Source: Psychrobacter sp.
GTDB lineage: Bacteria; Pseudomonadota; Gammaproteobacteria; Pseudomonadales; Moraxellaceae
Length of the DNA stretch: 64,000 bases
NCBI RefSeq assembly: GCF_030454045.1
Contig: NZ_JAKDJE010000004.1
Span: 5,593-69,592 of the forward strand
Direction of reading: 5' to 3'
Position 1 is the stretch's first letter. The number at the start of each line of letters is the position of its first letter. The notes below the pieces were generated by a model that did no database searches, was not told where the DNA came from, and saw only the letters and a list, made by a program, of their open reading frames with translations. This document shows positions 39,929-49,663 of this stretch, piece by piece. A program made the translations under genes and the position numbers.

Positions 39929-40594
39929 TTAAACCGTCCACTGATCGTTAATAACAGCGACGAGATAACGTTTCCCTTGATATTCATCAAACACCAAGCG
40001 CAACACCCGCCAGTCTAAACCGCTGTATTCATCACTACCTTTATAGTAAAACTCAACGACATCAGAGTTTTGATATATTTTATTTAGGTTATTGATGCTA
40101 TTGCCACTTTTTTGAAACTCATTGACGCTAAGAGTAGCGTCATTAAAGGTTTTGGCCTTTACCCAAGTGTCTAGGTACTCTGGTAGCGGTATGATTAATG
40201 GCTCACCAGAGCCGTCACGTTCACCCCAAGTAAAGCGGATTTTGGACTGCTGCAAATACTGTGCATATTGCTCGCGGCTAAAAACCTTGTCTGACTCAGG
40301 GCGTACGTAAGCATACATTGAGAAACGTACGCCACGCGTGGGGTGAATGTCATTGGCTATTCTAGAAAAATTTTTATTAGCCAATGCATGCTGTATGCGC
40401 AGTGCCTGCTGTCTAAGGGTTTGTTGACTGATATCGGTGCTAGTAGGGGGGGATGAGATACTAGTCGGTTGAGCGACAATCGCTTCGCTGGACTCAGAGG
40501 CAGACTGACAACCAGTCGCAGTCAAAGTAAGCAATAAAAGGCTACTAGAGGCCAATGTGGCAAGTTTCGTATCAAAAAAAGCAGGTAGTCTCAT
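39929..40594 (-). CDS. hypothetical lipoprotein
   Basis: Internal ATG at 40594 preceded by aagga. Signal peptide MRLPAFFDTKLATLASSSLLLLTLTATGC (lipobox). The 76-codon upstream extension in the track has no coding-like features. Confidence 0.65.
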   Translation of the reverse strand: MRLPAFFDTKLATLASSSLLLLTLTATGCQSASESSEAIVAQPTSISSPPTSTDISQQTLRQQALRIQHALANKNFSRIANDIHPTRGVRFSMYAYVRPESDKVFSREQYAQYLQQSKIRFTWGERDGSGEPLIIPLPEYLDTWVKAKTFNDATLSVNEFQKSGNSINNLNKIYQNSDVVEFYYKGSDEYSGLDWRVLRLVFDEYQGKRYLVAVINDQWTV

Positions 40595-40820
40595 AAAAGC
40601 ATCCTTACCATAGTGGTTATTGAAAATTGTATAGAAATGATGGATTGCTAAAAATTGGTACAAGAGCCAGCAATCAAGGTTGTTAGCAGGCAATATCAAT
40701 GATATGTAAGCAGAATTTTGGTAAGTAAACCTGAATGATACGATAAGACAGCAAAGTCCTAATATGGCTATGATGTAATGGATCGTAACACTTATCCTAG
40801 AAAATTCTGTAGAGAGCACC

Positions 40821-41309
40821 ATGCCAACCTATAAATCGCTGACATTGCTATTGACGACAGGACTGATGACTATCGGAAATGCAACAGCAGATTTGACAAA
40901 CGTATCGCCTAAGCAAGCAGCCATGAAGATTGCAACCATCACAAAGATGTATCAGCAAGACATCGGGGATGAAGGCATGAGCAATCCTGCGGTGCTACAG
41001 CAATATGCCAATGAAGATTTGCAAGCGGCTATGCAACTAGAACAAGATTATTTTGATAAACATCAAATGTCGTGCAATATCGATTATGATGTGTTGTGGA
41101 ATTCTCAAGATCCTGATTATACTCAAGACAAAAAAATATCGATGACTGAGCAAGGATTGGTTCAAGTCAGCTTGGCGCAAGGTGGTGATATCTATTATAA
41201 ATTGACGTGCGATTCTGCTGATAAGAATGGAGATTGCCAAATCGCAGATGTCATTTTGAATGAAGACGGTGGAACTTTGAGTCAGCATTTGCTTGAAGCG
41301 TGTCGTTAG
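40821..41309 (+). CDS. hypothetical secreted protein (4 Cys)
   Basis: Signal peptide MPTYKSLTLLLTTGLMTIGNATA. Family not recognised with confidence (faint DUF3828-like NIDYDVLWNSQD). Confidence 0.6.
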   Translation: MPTYKSLTLLLTTGLMTIGNATADLTNVSPKQAAMKIATITKMYQQDIGDEGMSNPAVLQQYANEDLQAAMQLEQDYFDKHQMSCNIDYDVLWNSQDPDYTQDKKISMTEQGLVQVSLAQGGDIYYKLTCDSADKNGDCQIADVILNEDGGTLSQHLLEACR

Positions 41310-41570
41310 TAGAAAACTGAATTGATATTAAAAATGTTAGCGCCAAGCTATATGACGCAGATTGATATTTACTCTTATACTGAAACCGCTGGTTTGTTTT
41401 CGCATAATGTATATTATGTTAAACTAAGGCTACCGTACAATAAGTTCATGGGATTATACTTTTATGAAATTAGGTTTGCGGTGTTAAATAACCATTGAAG
41501 CTGTACAGCCTCATGGTTTGTAGCGGCTAATACCTACACATTGAATAGATTAATCTTGACTTCATAGATC

Positions 41571-41610
41571 AAAAAAACCCTGCATGCTATTACTTATATA
41601 GCATGCAGGG
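41571..41610 (-). terminator. rho-independent terminator after the TonB-dependent receptor gene
   Basis: ccctgcatgcta-(9 nt)-tagcatgcaggg. On the minus strand it is followed by ttttttt. Confidence 0.85.
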
Positions 41611-41655
41611 CTGAGCCTTCATCAGTTATACAATTTCGAAAACCCTTGGGTCAAA

Positions 41656-43959
41656 TCAAAAATCCATCGTTGCTGACAGCAAGAACGTACGCGGCTCACC
41701 TATGGCCAAATCGTTGTAATGTGCCGTTGTCCAATAGGCCTTATTCATCACGTTTTCGACACTACCGCGCAGTGTCAGTGGTTTGTCATTAACAGAAGTC
41801 AAATAGCGCGCACCCACACCATATATAGTGCGACCTGGTAGGGACTGTATATTGTCATTTTCGAGATATTGTTTAGACACCGCATTTGCATTTGCTGTTA
41901 GCGTCAAATTTTCTACGAGAGGTAAATCCCACTCTACGCCGATTTTAGATTGCCACTTTGGCACACCAGCCGCTTGGTTGCCTTCGTTAACCCCATCATT
42001 CATTTTAGTCAACTTAGCATCAATATAGCTGATACCACCCATTAAGCGTACATTTTCAGCAGGCGAGCCAAACACGCCCCACTCCAGGCCTCGATTACGC
42101 TGAGCACCAGCATAAGAAAAAATATTGGTATCGGTATCGGTATAACTGTTGGGTTTTTCGATTTCATAAGCACTTAGAGTATGAGAGAAATTACCAAGAT
42201 CGATTTTTATACCGACTTCTTTTTGTTTGGTCTTATAAGGCGCAAATATCTCGCCAGCATTTTCTGCATCTGTTGGTGCTGTATCTCCTTTACTTAGTCC
42301 TTCTATGTAATTTGCATACAAAGACGTCTGGTCGGTTATCTTTACTGAGAGCGCCACTGACGGCGTTACGGCATTTTCATCATATTTGGCACCTGTTGAT
42401 AACATGCCGCCTGTTTGTTCTGTTTTTAGCTGTTGATAGCGAGCCCCTAAGGTGAGTTGGTATTTATCCTGATCAAACGATAACGTGTCTGCAATGCCAT
42501 AGCTGGTCAATTCGGTGTCTGTCGCAGTTAAAAGTGGCGGATTCAGATCTAAATCAGGTCTGGATCCCCACACAGGGTCGTAGATATTGGTATCAACACT
42601 GACACCACGGAATCTTGCTGCATACAAATTGTATTCCTCTTCATAGCGGGTGGCATTGACTGCTATTTGGTGTCCAATATTGCCCGTTTGGAATTGACCA
42701 TTTAAGCCTACTTCAAGCGATCTTCTTTCGTTGTCATCGCCTACGTATCCAACGGTGGTACTGATATCTCCATCAGTATTAGATATCTGAGCATTATCTG
42801 CACTGAGTCCGTCATAATTCCATTTGGTTACCCCCATGGAGGCATACGTTGTCAATTGGTCATTGATATCAAATTCAGCGCGTCCTATGGCCCCTTTGGT
42901 TTGAGTCTCAAAATAGGCCCAACTGGGATTTAATAATGTATCTGGATCTGGAACACTAGGAATATCAACACCTGATGCTAATGTAACTCCTCGAGTCGGC
43001 CCATCCACATGGTCTGTTGTCGTATAAAGGTCGGCGGATACTCGTGCACGCTCACCGCGCCAGTCCAGTGCAATAGCTGCTGATTGCGCTTGCTTTTCTT
43101 GATCATCAACGGCGCTATCACCCTCTCTATAAGCCCCATTTATACGAACACCAAATTGCTTGTCTTCACCAAAGCGGCGACCTATATCGACATGCGCGCC
43201 CAATTGTGAGTCTGATAGATATCTAGTGGTCAGCTGTGTCAGCGGCTCATCCCCTGCTCGTTTGGTGACTAGGTTGACAGAACCGCCGATAGAGCCGTTG
43301 GGAGACATGCCATTGAGCATTGCTGATGGACCTTTGAGCACCTCAACACGCTCAAACATTTCAGGTGAGCTACGATAGTAAGGTGCCATACCAGTCAATC
43401 CATTGACGGTCACATCATTACTACTCGACGCAAAACCACGAATATAATAACTTTCAAGACTCTCTCCACTGGCACCGCTGGTATAAACAGCGGGATCCGT
43501 TGCAGCAATAACATCGGTAATATCTACCGCTTGTTGGTCAGCGATGAATTTATCGGTGTAACTGATGGCACTAAATGGCGTGTCTAAAAAGTCTTTATTA
43601 CCCAAAAATCCCATATTATTGGTGTATGTCACCTGCCCGCCAGCATAGTTAGAGTTCTCCTCAACGTCAGCTTCAACCGTGATTGCTGGTAGTGTGACCG
43701 TTGGTAGGTCTTGATCCGCTTCTGTGCTCTGGTTTTGTGCAGTAATGGTCATATCAGTGGCTTGTGTACTACTGACTGGCGTACCGTTGGTCTGGGCATA
43801 AGCGGCGGGCATACCCAAAAATACAGTACCAGCAGCTGCCCCACATAAAAGTGCCAGTTTTGCTGAGACAAAATAATTGAGAACAAAAAATGGTTTGTGC
43901 TCTGTGAAAGATTGCTTGACGTTGGGGTGTTGGCTTGAATGTTGTTGAAGTTGAGACAT
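41656..43959 (-). CDS. TonB-dependent siderophore outer-membrane receptor
   Basis: 767 aa with a signal peptide and a TonB-box-like LPAITVEAD. Plug plus 22-strand barrel pattern and a terminal aromatic residue (...SATMDF). Confidence 0.92.
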   Translation of the reverse strand: MSQLQQHSSQHPNVKQSFTEHKPFFVLNYFVSAKLALLCGAAAGTVFLGMPAAYAQTNGTPVSSTQATDMTITAQNQSTEADQDLPTVTLPAITVEADVEENSNYAGGQVTYTNNMGFLGNKDFLDTPFSAISYTDKFIADQQAVDITDVIAATDPAVYTSGASGESLESYYIRGFASSSNDVTVNGLTGMAPYYRSSPEMFERVEVLKGPSAMLNGMSPNGSIGGSVNLVTKRAGDEPLTQLTTRYLSDSQLGAHVDIGRRFGEDKQFGVRINGAYREGDSAVDDQEKQAQSAAIALDWRGERARVSADLYTTTDHVDGPTRGVTLASGVDIPSVPDPDTLLNPSWAYFETQTKGAIGRAEFDINDQLTTYASMGVTKWNYDGLSADNAQISNTDGDISTTVGYVGDDNERRSLEVGLNGQFQTGNIGHQIAVNATRYEEEYNLYAARFRGVSVDTNIYDPVWGSRPDLDLNPPLLTATDTELTSYGIADTLSFDQDKYQLTLGARYQQLKTEQTGGMLSTGAKYDENAVTPSVALSVKITDQTSLYANYIEGLSKGDTAPTDAENAGEIFAPYKTKQKEVGIKIDLGNFSHTLSAYEIEKPNSYTDTDTNIFSYAGAQRNRGLEWGVFGSPAENVRLMGGISYIDAKLTKMNDGVNEGNQAAGVPKWQSKIGVEWDLPLVENLTLTANANAVSKQYLENDNIQSLPGRTIYGVGARYLTSVNDKPLTLRGSVENVMNKAYWTTAHYNDLAIGEPRTFLLSATMDF

Positions 43960-44008
43960 AGCGATATCCTGTCGTTTTGATAAACAAATAAGTATTAAGT
44001 TAATAAAA

Positions 44009-44027
44009 AATAATGATAATAAAAATA
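44009..44027. promoter_or_regulatory. candidate Fur box upstream of the receptor gene
   Basis: aataatgataataaaaata matches the 19-bp Fur consensus at 14/19. It lies 50-70 bp upstream of the start in very AT-rich DNA. Confidence 0.5.
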
Positions 44028-44050
44028 CAAATGATAACTATTTACATAAA

Positions 44051-44079
44051 GAAGCTAAAAAATAACTTATTTTAGCTTC
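44051..44079 (-). terminator. possible weak terminator or attenuator between the binding-protein gene and the receptor promoter
   Basis: gaagctaaaa-(9 nt)-ttttagcttc, a 10-bp AT-rich stem with only a short T tract after it. Confidence 0.4.
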
Positions 44080-44254
44080 GATTGAGCAACTTGCCTGCCT
44101 TTCTTGGCAATACTAATTATCTGATATAGTCAATCCACTATAAAAGCGTTACAGCGTTAACCTCGCTTGAAATATGACATATACATCTGTACTCAGTTGC
44201 CTTGTACCACTCTTAAATTAGATCAACGATAGTATCCGTGATACATTGATGTCT

Positions 44255-45229
44255 TTAAGAGGTCGTCTGATAACCCTTTAACACATCATCCATCATAATG
44301 TTCAACGAGGTCGGACTGGCTGCAGTGATATACCATGCATCGGCATCAACAAACACAACGTGGCCGTTTTTCCATGCTTTGGTTTGACGCAGTAACGGAT
44401 TGCTCACGTCATCAGGGCTGATGGTCGCGCGATGCTCCATAACCGCAGTACGGTCGACGATATAGATGATGTCAGGATCTGCTTGCTGTATAAACTCACT
44501 AGAAATCGGCTGACCGTGCAGGCTGGTATCGTCAAGTGTGCTTGCTGGCTTGACACCTAAGTCATTAAAGATAAAACCATAGCGAGAATGCACGCCAAAA
44601 TTACTAAAAGCCCCATTGTTATGCAGTACCACCAGCGCTTTTTCTGGGCGATTTTTTGTTACTGCTTGTACGTCTTGCACTCTTGCTTCTAGCTGCGCGA
44701 CCTGCTCTTTTGCCAAAGCTTCTTTATCAAAAATCTTACCCAAGGCCAACAGGTGATTTTCAACATTTTCGACATGATGCGCCTGACTGTCATTAAAGCT
44801 CACATCGAAGTGTAGCGTTGGTGCAATCTCGGACAGCTCTTGATAGTTTGCTGCATGTAGCGGAGTCATCAAAATAAGGTCAGGATGTAGCGCATATATG
44901 CGTTCCATATTGGGCTGAACAATAGCCCCTAAATCCTCTATATCAGCATTTTGTTTGTATTGAGCCAAAAAATGCGGCACGTAGTCTTTGACCATGCCTG
45001 CAATCGGTACACCAAGCTGGTCTAGAAAGTCAGCTTCGTTCATATCGAGCACGGCAACCCGCTGCGGACGATGATCGAGCACGGTCGTACCAAGTTCATG
45101 CTCGATGGTGATGGGCGTCTTTAGCGTCTGCGACGCAGCAGACTCATGAGATGCTTTTTCACAGCCTTGTAAGGGGATGGCTGCCATGATGGCAAGCATC
45201 CATACCCAACCTTGTTTTCTTACATTCAT
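44255..45229 (-). CDS. ferric-siderophore ABC transporter substrate-binding lipoprotein
   Basis: Lipobox IPLQGC. Cluster A (FatB/FhuD-like) periplasmic binding fold. Translationally coupled to the ATPase gene. Confidence 0.88.
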   Translation of the reverse strand: MNVRKQGWVWMLAIMAAIPLQGCEKASHESAASQTLKTPITIEHELGTTVLDHRPQRVAVLDMNEADFLDQLGVPIAGMVKDYVPHFLAQYKQNADIEDLGAIVQPNMERIYALHPDLILMTPLHAANYQELSEIAPTLHFDVSFNDSQAHHVENVENHLLALGKIFDKEALAKEQVAQLEARVQDVQAVTKNRPEKALVVLHNNGAFSNFGVHSRYGFIFNDLGVKPASTLDDTSLHGQPISSEFIQQADPDIIYIVDRTAVMEHRATISPDDVSNPLLRQTKAWKNGHVVFVDADAWYITAASPTSLNIMMDDVLKGYQTTS

Positions 45230-46002
45230 ATACTCACTCCTGATAAATTAAAGTAATTGCATAAACAACCACGTTCACTACGAATAATCTCAAACTCAAG
45301 ATCATACAATTCACTCAAGTTACTTTCGGTCACCACCTGCTCAGATGAGCCACTAAAACGCAGTGTCCCATTTTTTAATGCTACGATATGATCTGAATAA
45401 TTGGCCGCAAAGTTGATATCGTGAATCACCAAAATCACCGTCCGACCCTGCTCGTCACATAAACGCCGTAACGCTTGCATGATGTGTACTGCATGCTTCA
45501 TATCCAAATTATTCAAAGGCTCATCCAGCAACAACACATCCGTCTGCTGGGCGATGGTCATTGCCAAAAAAGCCATCTGCCGTTGACCACCGCTCAATTC
45601 ATCTAAATAAGCGTAGCGTAAAGGCGCTAATGCCAAAAACTCAATGGCATCATCAATGATATGGTGATCTTCTGCCGTCAACGCACCGCGGCTATACGGA
45701 AAGCGTCCAAAAGAAATCAGTTCCTCCACCGTTAAGCGCAGATTAAACCCAGGCGACTGACGCAGCGTCGCTACATGATGAGCATATTCAGCAGTTCGGA
45801 TATCACTGATGTCGCGACCCTCGAATAAAACCTCACCGCCACTTGGTTCTAGCAGTCTGGCCATCATCATCAATAGCGTGGATTTCCCAGCCCCATTAGG
45901 GCCAATCAACGACGTCACTCCGCCCTTAGGAAAAGCCAAACTGATCTCAGACAGAACACTTTTGCTGCCATAGCTTTTATACACATTGTTAATCGTAATC
46001 AT
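45226..46002 (-). CDS. ferric-siderophore ABC transporter ATPase
   Basis: GPNGAGKSTLL, LSGGQRQMAFLAMTIA, VLLLDEPLNNLD. 4-nt overlaps on both sides. Confidence 0.92.
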   Translation of the reverse strand: MITINNVYKSYGSKSVLSEISLAFPKGGVTSLIGPNGAGKSTLLMMMARLLEPSGGEVLFEGRDISDIRTAEYAHHVATLRQSPGFNLRLTVEELISFGRFPYSRGALTAEDHHIIDDAIEFLALAPLRYAYLDELSGGQRQMAFLAMTIAQQTDVLLLDEPLNNLDMKHAVHIMQALRRLCDEQGRTVILVIHDINFAANYSDHIVALKNGTLRFSGSSEQVVTESNLSELYDLEFEIIRSERGCLCNYFNLSGVSI

Positions 46003-46949
46003 GTAAACCCTCTAGTACGAACCGTCAGCGCTAGAAAATAGATACCACCCACAAGGTTGACAAGAATACTGACGCTGGTTTTATAATTAAAGACGTGCTC
46101 AACAAAAATCTGAGCCACTAAAAAGATAGCAATCGTAATGGCGCAGGCCATTGGCAACGTGACCTTGTGGCGGTTACTACCTGCAAGCACATACGCGATA
46201 TTAGCAACAAACACCCCCATAAACACCGTAGGGCCAATCAAGCTTGTAGACACTGCCACCAAAATAGCAATGAGTGCCAAATACCGTTTGACATACTTGG
46301 TATGATTCACCCCAAGGGACTGTGCCTGATCACGACCCAACGCCAACACATCTAATATAGGCAAGGTTTTGCGGCCAACCCATAGCGCGGTTGCAACCGC
46401 AAGTACCCCATAAAACAACGTCTCAGGCTGAGATCGATTGAATGAGGTATAGCTCAAACCCTGAAAAACAGAAAACTCGCCAGGGCTGATACGCAATTGA
46501 ATAAACTGAGTCACTGTGCCAATCACCATAGTCAGCACCAAGCCAAATAACAGCAAGGTGTAAACATCGTTCTTACAGCGCGGAAATAGCCAATGGTGCA
46601 GTGCCCACGAATACGCCAGCATCAGCGCGATAGAGACCATAAAGTTGCCGCTCACCCCCAAAAACAGTAGCCCTTGCGTACCCATCAAAAAGAGCAATAG
46701 CACTTGCCATAATAAATAAACCGCTTCGTAACCCATGATCGAAGGCGCTAAAATTCGATTGCCCACAATCGTCTGAAAAATGATGGCTGAAAAAGCCAAG
46801 CAAACACTACCCAAAATAATGGTGGCCAAGCGAATCAAGCGCTTAGGAATCAAATAATCAAAATCTAGACCTGAGCCGATGAATAAAAAGATAAGCGCCA
46901 AGATAATAATCAATACAAACATTATTCGAAACTTTGTGGTTACCGTCAT
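45999..46949 (-). CDS. ferric-siderophore ABC transporter permease (FecCD family)
   Basis: 316 aa and polytopic. Paired with a second FecCD-type permease. Confidence 0.9.
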   Translation of the reverse strand: MTVTTKFRIMFVLIIILALIFLFIGSGLDFDYLIPKRLIRLATIILGSVCLAFSAIIFQTIVGNRILAPSIMGYEAVYLLWQVLLLFLMGTQGLLFLGVSGNFMVSIALMLAYSWALHHWLFPRCKNDVYTLLLFGLVLTMVIGTVTQFIQLRISPGEFSVFQGLSYTSFNRSQPETLFYGVLAVATALWVGRKTLPILDVLALGRDQAQSLGVNHTKYVKRYLALIAILVAVSTSLIGPTVFMGVFVANIAYVLAGSNRHKVTLPMACAITIAIFLVAQIFVEHVFNYKTSVSILVNLVGGIYFLALTVRTRGFT

Positions 46950-47887
46950 CTGACACCCCTCATAATCAGCATGAGGAAGACCACGCCGCCAAGCCCGCCT
47001 GCCGTAAGACCAATGGGCACTTCAAAGGGGTAAATCACCAGCCTGCCAAACACATCACACAGCAGCAGCAAACATGCGCCGCCTAGCGCCACAATGGGCA
47101 GCGTTCGCGACAGGTTTTCTCCATACTTTAACGCCACCAGATTGGGCACGACTAACCCAACAAAAGGTATCGCACCGATGGTGATGACTGATGCGGCGAC
47201 TGTCACTGATACCAATATGAGACCCAAAGCGGCAGTGGTGACATAACTCAGCCCCAAACTGGCCGCCATCTCTTCACCCATACCGACCACCGTAAAGCGA
47301 TGCGCATAAACATAAGCGAGAATAGTGATGGGCAAGATAATATAAATCAGCTCATAATGCCCTTGAACCACCCGCGAAAAATCTCCCAACAACCAGCCTT
47401 GCATGCTTTGCAAGATATTGTGTTGGTACGCATAAAACTCAGCGATGGCGCTGAGTACACTGCCATACATCAAGCCAAGGACAGGAATCAGTACAGAACG
47501 CTTAAGCTTAATACGGCTGATAATATAAATAAAAATCAGACTCGTAGCAAAACAAAAGACCAGTGCAAATATCATCTTACTGCCAGTACTCGCACCAGGA
47601 ATCATCGTCAGTGACACTAAAATTCCAAGCTTGGCGGCATCCATTCCCCCTGATGTTGCAGGCTCAACAAACTTGTTACGCACGATATGCTGCAAAATAA
47701 CGCCACTGACCGACAGCCCTACCCCTGTCAGTATCAACGCGATCAGCCGCGGTATACGACTGGCCATAAGCGTCAGCCATGCGTCCGTAGAAAAAGAAAA
47801 TAATTCCGACCACATTATATGTTTGGTACCAATCATAAGAGAGGCCAGACATAACGTGGCAAATAAAACTGACAACCTTAATATCAT
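46946..47887 (-). CDS. ferric-siderophore ABC transporter permease (FecCD family)
   Basis: 313 aa and polytopic. First gene of the import operon. Confidence 0.9.
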   Translation of the reverse strand: MILRLSVLFATLCLASLMIGTKHIMWSELFSFSTDAWLTLMASRIPRLIALILTGVGLSVSGVILQHIVRNKFVEPATSGGMDAAKLGILVSLTMIPGASTGSKMIFALVFCFATSLIFIYIISRIKLKRSVLIPVLGLMYGSVLSAIAEFYAYQHNILQSMQGWLLGDFSRVVQGHYELIYIILPITILAYVYAHRFTVVGMGEEMAASLGLSYVTTAALGLILVSVTVAASVITIGAIPFVGLVVPNLVALKYGENLSRTLPIVALGGACLLLLCDVFGRLVIYPFEVPIGLTAGGLGGVVFLMLIMRGVR

Positions 47888-48115
47888 GAAAAATCTGCTG
47901 CGCTTGAGAATAGAGTTTCACTCATAAGCATCAGTGGTGACACAGCTGTGTTAGTGATGCGTCAAACCACAAATATCGCCATAAACAGCAAAAAACATTG
48001 CTGTAAATATAGCCATACTTGGCACGGTCTAACAAAATTCAGCTGTTTTAACACACACTATCGGAATCATAAGACCGATGCGGACATGCCCCACTATACT
48101 TATAATAAAAAACAG

Positions 48116-48149
48116 AAAAAAAGGCTGTGCTTACTGTCAGTAAGACAGC
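48116..48149 (-). terminator. rho-independent terminator or attenuator after the N-hydroxylase gene
   Basis: gctgt(g)cttac...gtaagacagc stem with one bulge. On the minus strand it is followed by ttttttt. Confidence 0.65.
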
Positions 48150-48220
48150 ATCCCATTTGTTGACCACCAAACACGTAAGTGGTTCATTTATTTACCCTGA
48201 TCAAAATACCCTAAGCCTCA

Positions 48221-49558
48221 TTACTGATCTAAGAGCGCATCCTTAGGAATACCGTACGTTTGAAAGGCCGTACAGCTAGGAATGCGATACACCTCGCGCC
48301 CCAATACCTGATTGATAATCACTGCATTTCGATTGGCACCAATACCCAAATCTGGAGAACCGACCCCTTGTTGGAATATTTCTGAATTTTGTATAAAGAT
48401 TCGCCCCAAACCTGTATCACACCTAAGCGCCGTAAAGTCTTCTTGCACTATAAAATCATCCTTACTGTCCGTTGCCAGTACCGACCCTTTTAATTGCGTG
48501 AGCCATTGTGGCCAGTCATGCACATAACCGACAGCAGCAATCACGGCGTCTGTCTCTAGGGTAAAGCGCTGCGCTAGCTGCGTGTGCAAACACTTGATCT
48601 CAAGCGCCCCTGACTGGGCGTTTTCTACAATAGATTCCACTTCGCAGTTTGGATGTAAAGATAAGCCCGTAGGCTTTCCACCGATGGAACGCTCATACAG
48701 CAGATCATATATATCGGCGATGGTTGAGCAGCTGATTCCTTTATATAACAGCCCTTGATCCCCTGCGATGTCACGGCGTTTCTCTCGAGACAGGCTTTGG
48801 AAGTACTGCATATAAGCGGGTGTAAAGCACTCTTGACCAAGCTTTGAGGACTCCATAGGATGAAATCCTGCTGAGCGGCTGATCCAGCGAATGCCCGCTC
48901 CTGCGGCAACTTGAGTAGGTGTCAATGATCCTAGCAGTGCTAGTACACACTCAGCCGCACTTTGTCCTGAGCCAACAACGGTCACTTTTTGGCATTGCGC
49001 TAAGGCTTGTTGTAAGGAGGCAAACTCAGCGGCATGCTTGACCAAAGGATGATTACTATCGGCCAGCCATTTGGGCATATTCGGTCTTGTACCAATACCA
49101 ATGGCCAAGTTGGTGCTGCGATATTGCGTTTTTTCTCCTGATGCTAATGTGCTGTCGATGACAAAGTGGTCTTGCTTGGCATCATAAGTAATATCATCGA
49201 CATGCTCACCAAAATAGCAGCTGGGTAACTGTGTGACGGCCCAGCGGCAATAGTGATTGTATTCAACGCGCGGGATTAAAAAGTGTTCATAGTAATAAAA
49301 CTGGTATAAGCGGTCATGCTGATGTAAATAGTTCAAATAGCTCAGCGTATGGCACGGATCTGCCATCGTGACAAGGTCGGCAAAAAAAGGGACTTGTAGC
49401 GTCGCACCAGACAAAAGCAGTCCCTTGTGCCACTGAAACTCGTGCTTACGCTCTAAAAATCTCGCCTGAACAGTGCGGTGCTCTGAGAGCAATGCCGCCA
49501 AGCCCAGATTAAAGGGTCCAAGACCAATACCTATAATGTCAGCAATTTTTTTATTCAT
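48221..49558 (-). CDS. IucD/PvdA-family flavin-dependent amine N-hydroxylase
   Basis: MNKKIADIIGIGLGPFNLGLAALL...FLERKHEFQWHKG...LQVPFFADLVTMADPCHTLSYLNYL. The ATG at 49558 is preferred over the TTG at 49591. Confidence 0.88.
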   Translation of the reverse strand: MNKKIADIIGIGLGPFNLGLAALLSEHRTVQARFLERKHEFQWHKGLLLSGATLQVPFFADLVTMADPCHTLSYLNYLHQHDRLYQFYYYEHFLIPRVEYNHYCRWAVTQLPSCYFGEHVDDITYDAKQDHFVIDSTLASGEKTQYRSTNLAIGIGTRPNMPKWLADSNHPLVKHAAEFASLQQALAQCQKVTVVGSGQSAAECVLALLGSLTPTQVAAGAGIRWISRSAGFHPMESSKLGQECFTPAYMQYFQSLSREKRRDIAGDQGLLYKGISCSTIADIYDLLYERSIGGKPTGLSLHPNCEVESIVENAQSGALEIKCLHTQLAQRFTLETDAVIAAVGYVHDWPQWLTQLKGSVLATDSKDDFIVQEDFTALRCDTGLGRIFIQNSEIFQQGVGSPDLGIGANRNAVIINQVLGREVYRIPSCTAFQTYGIPKDALLDQ

Positions 49559-49663
49559 TGTGCATAAGCCCTTAATGTCAAACGGTTCCAATATTCAATA
49601 GTGCTGGTTTTTTGATATGTCGTTGCAGCAGCATGTCTCTTTTGCGGCGCTTTGTTGCGTGGC

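Noticed and set aside
40595-40822. 76-codon N-terminal extension of the 39929..40822 ORF
   Set aside because: The extension is Tyr/Phe/Ile/Leu/His-rich and AT-driven, and it overlaps the start codon of the divergent neighbour gene by 2 nt (40821-40822). An internal ATG at 40594 has a good RBS and starts a textbook lipoprotein signal peptide.
47888-48115. Search for a Fur box or promoter upstream of the siderophore importer operon
   Set aside because: No 19-mer scored above roughly 10/19 by eye on either strand. It is left unannotated rather than forcing a call.
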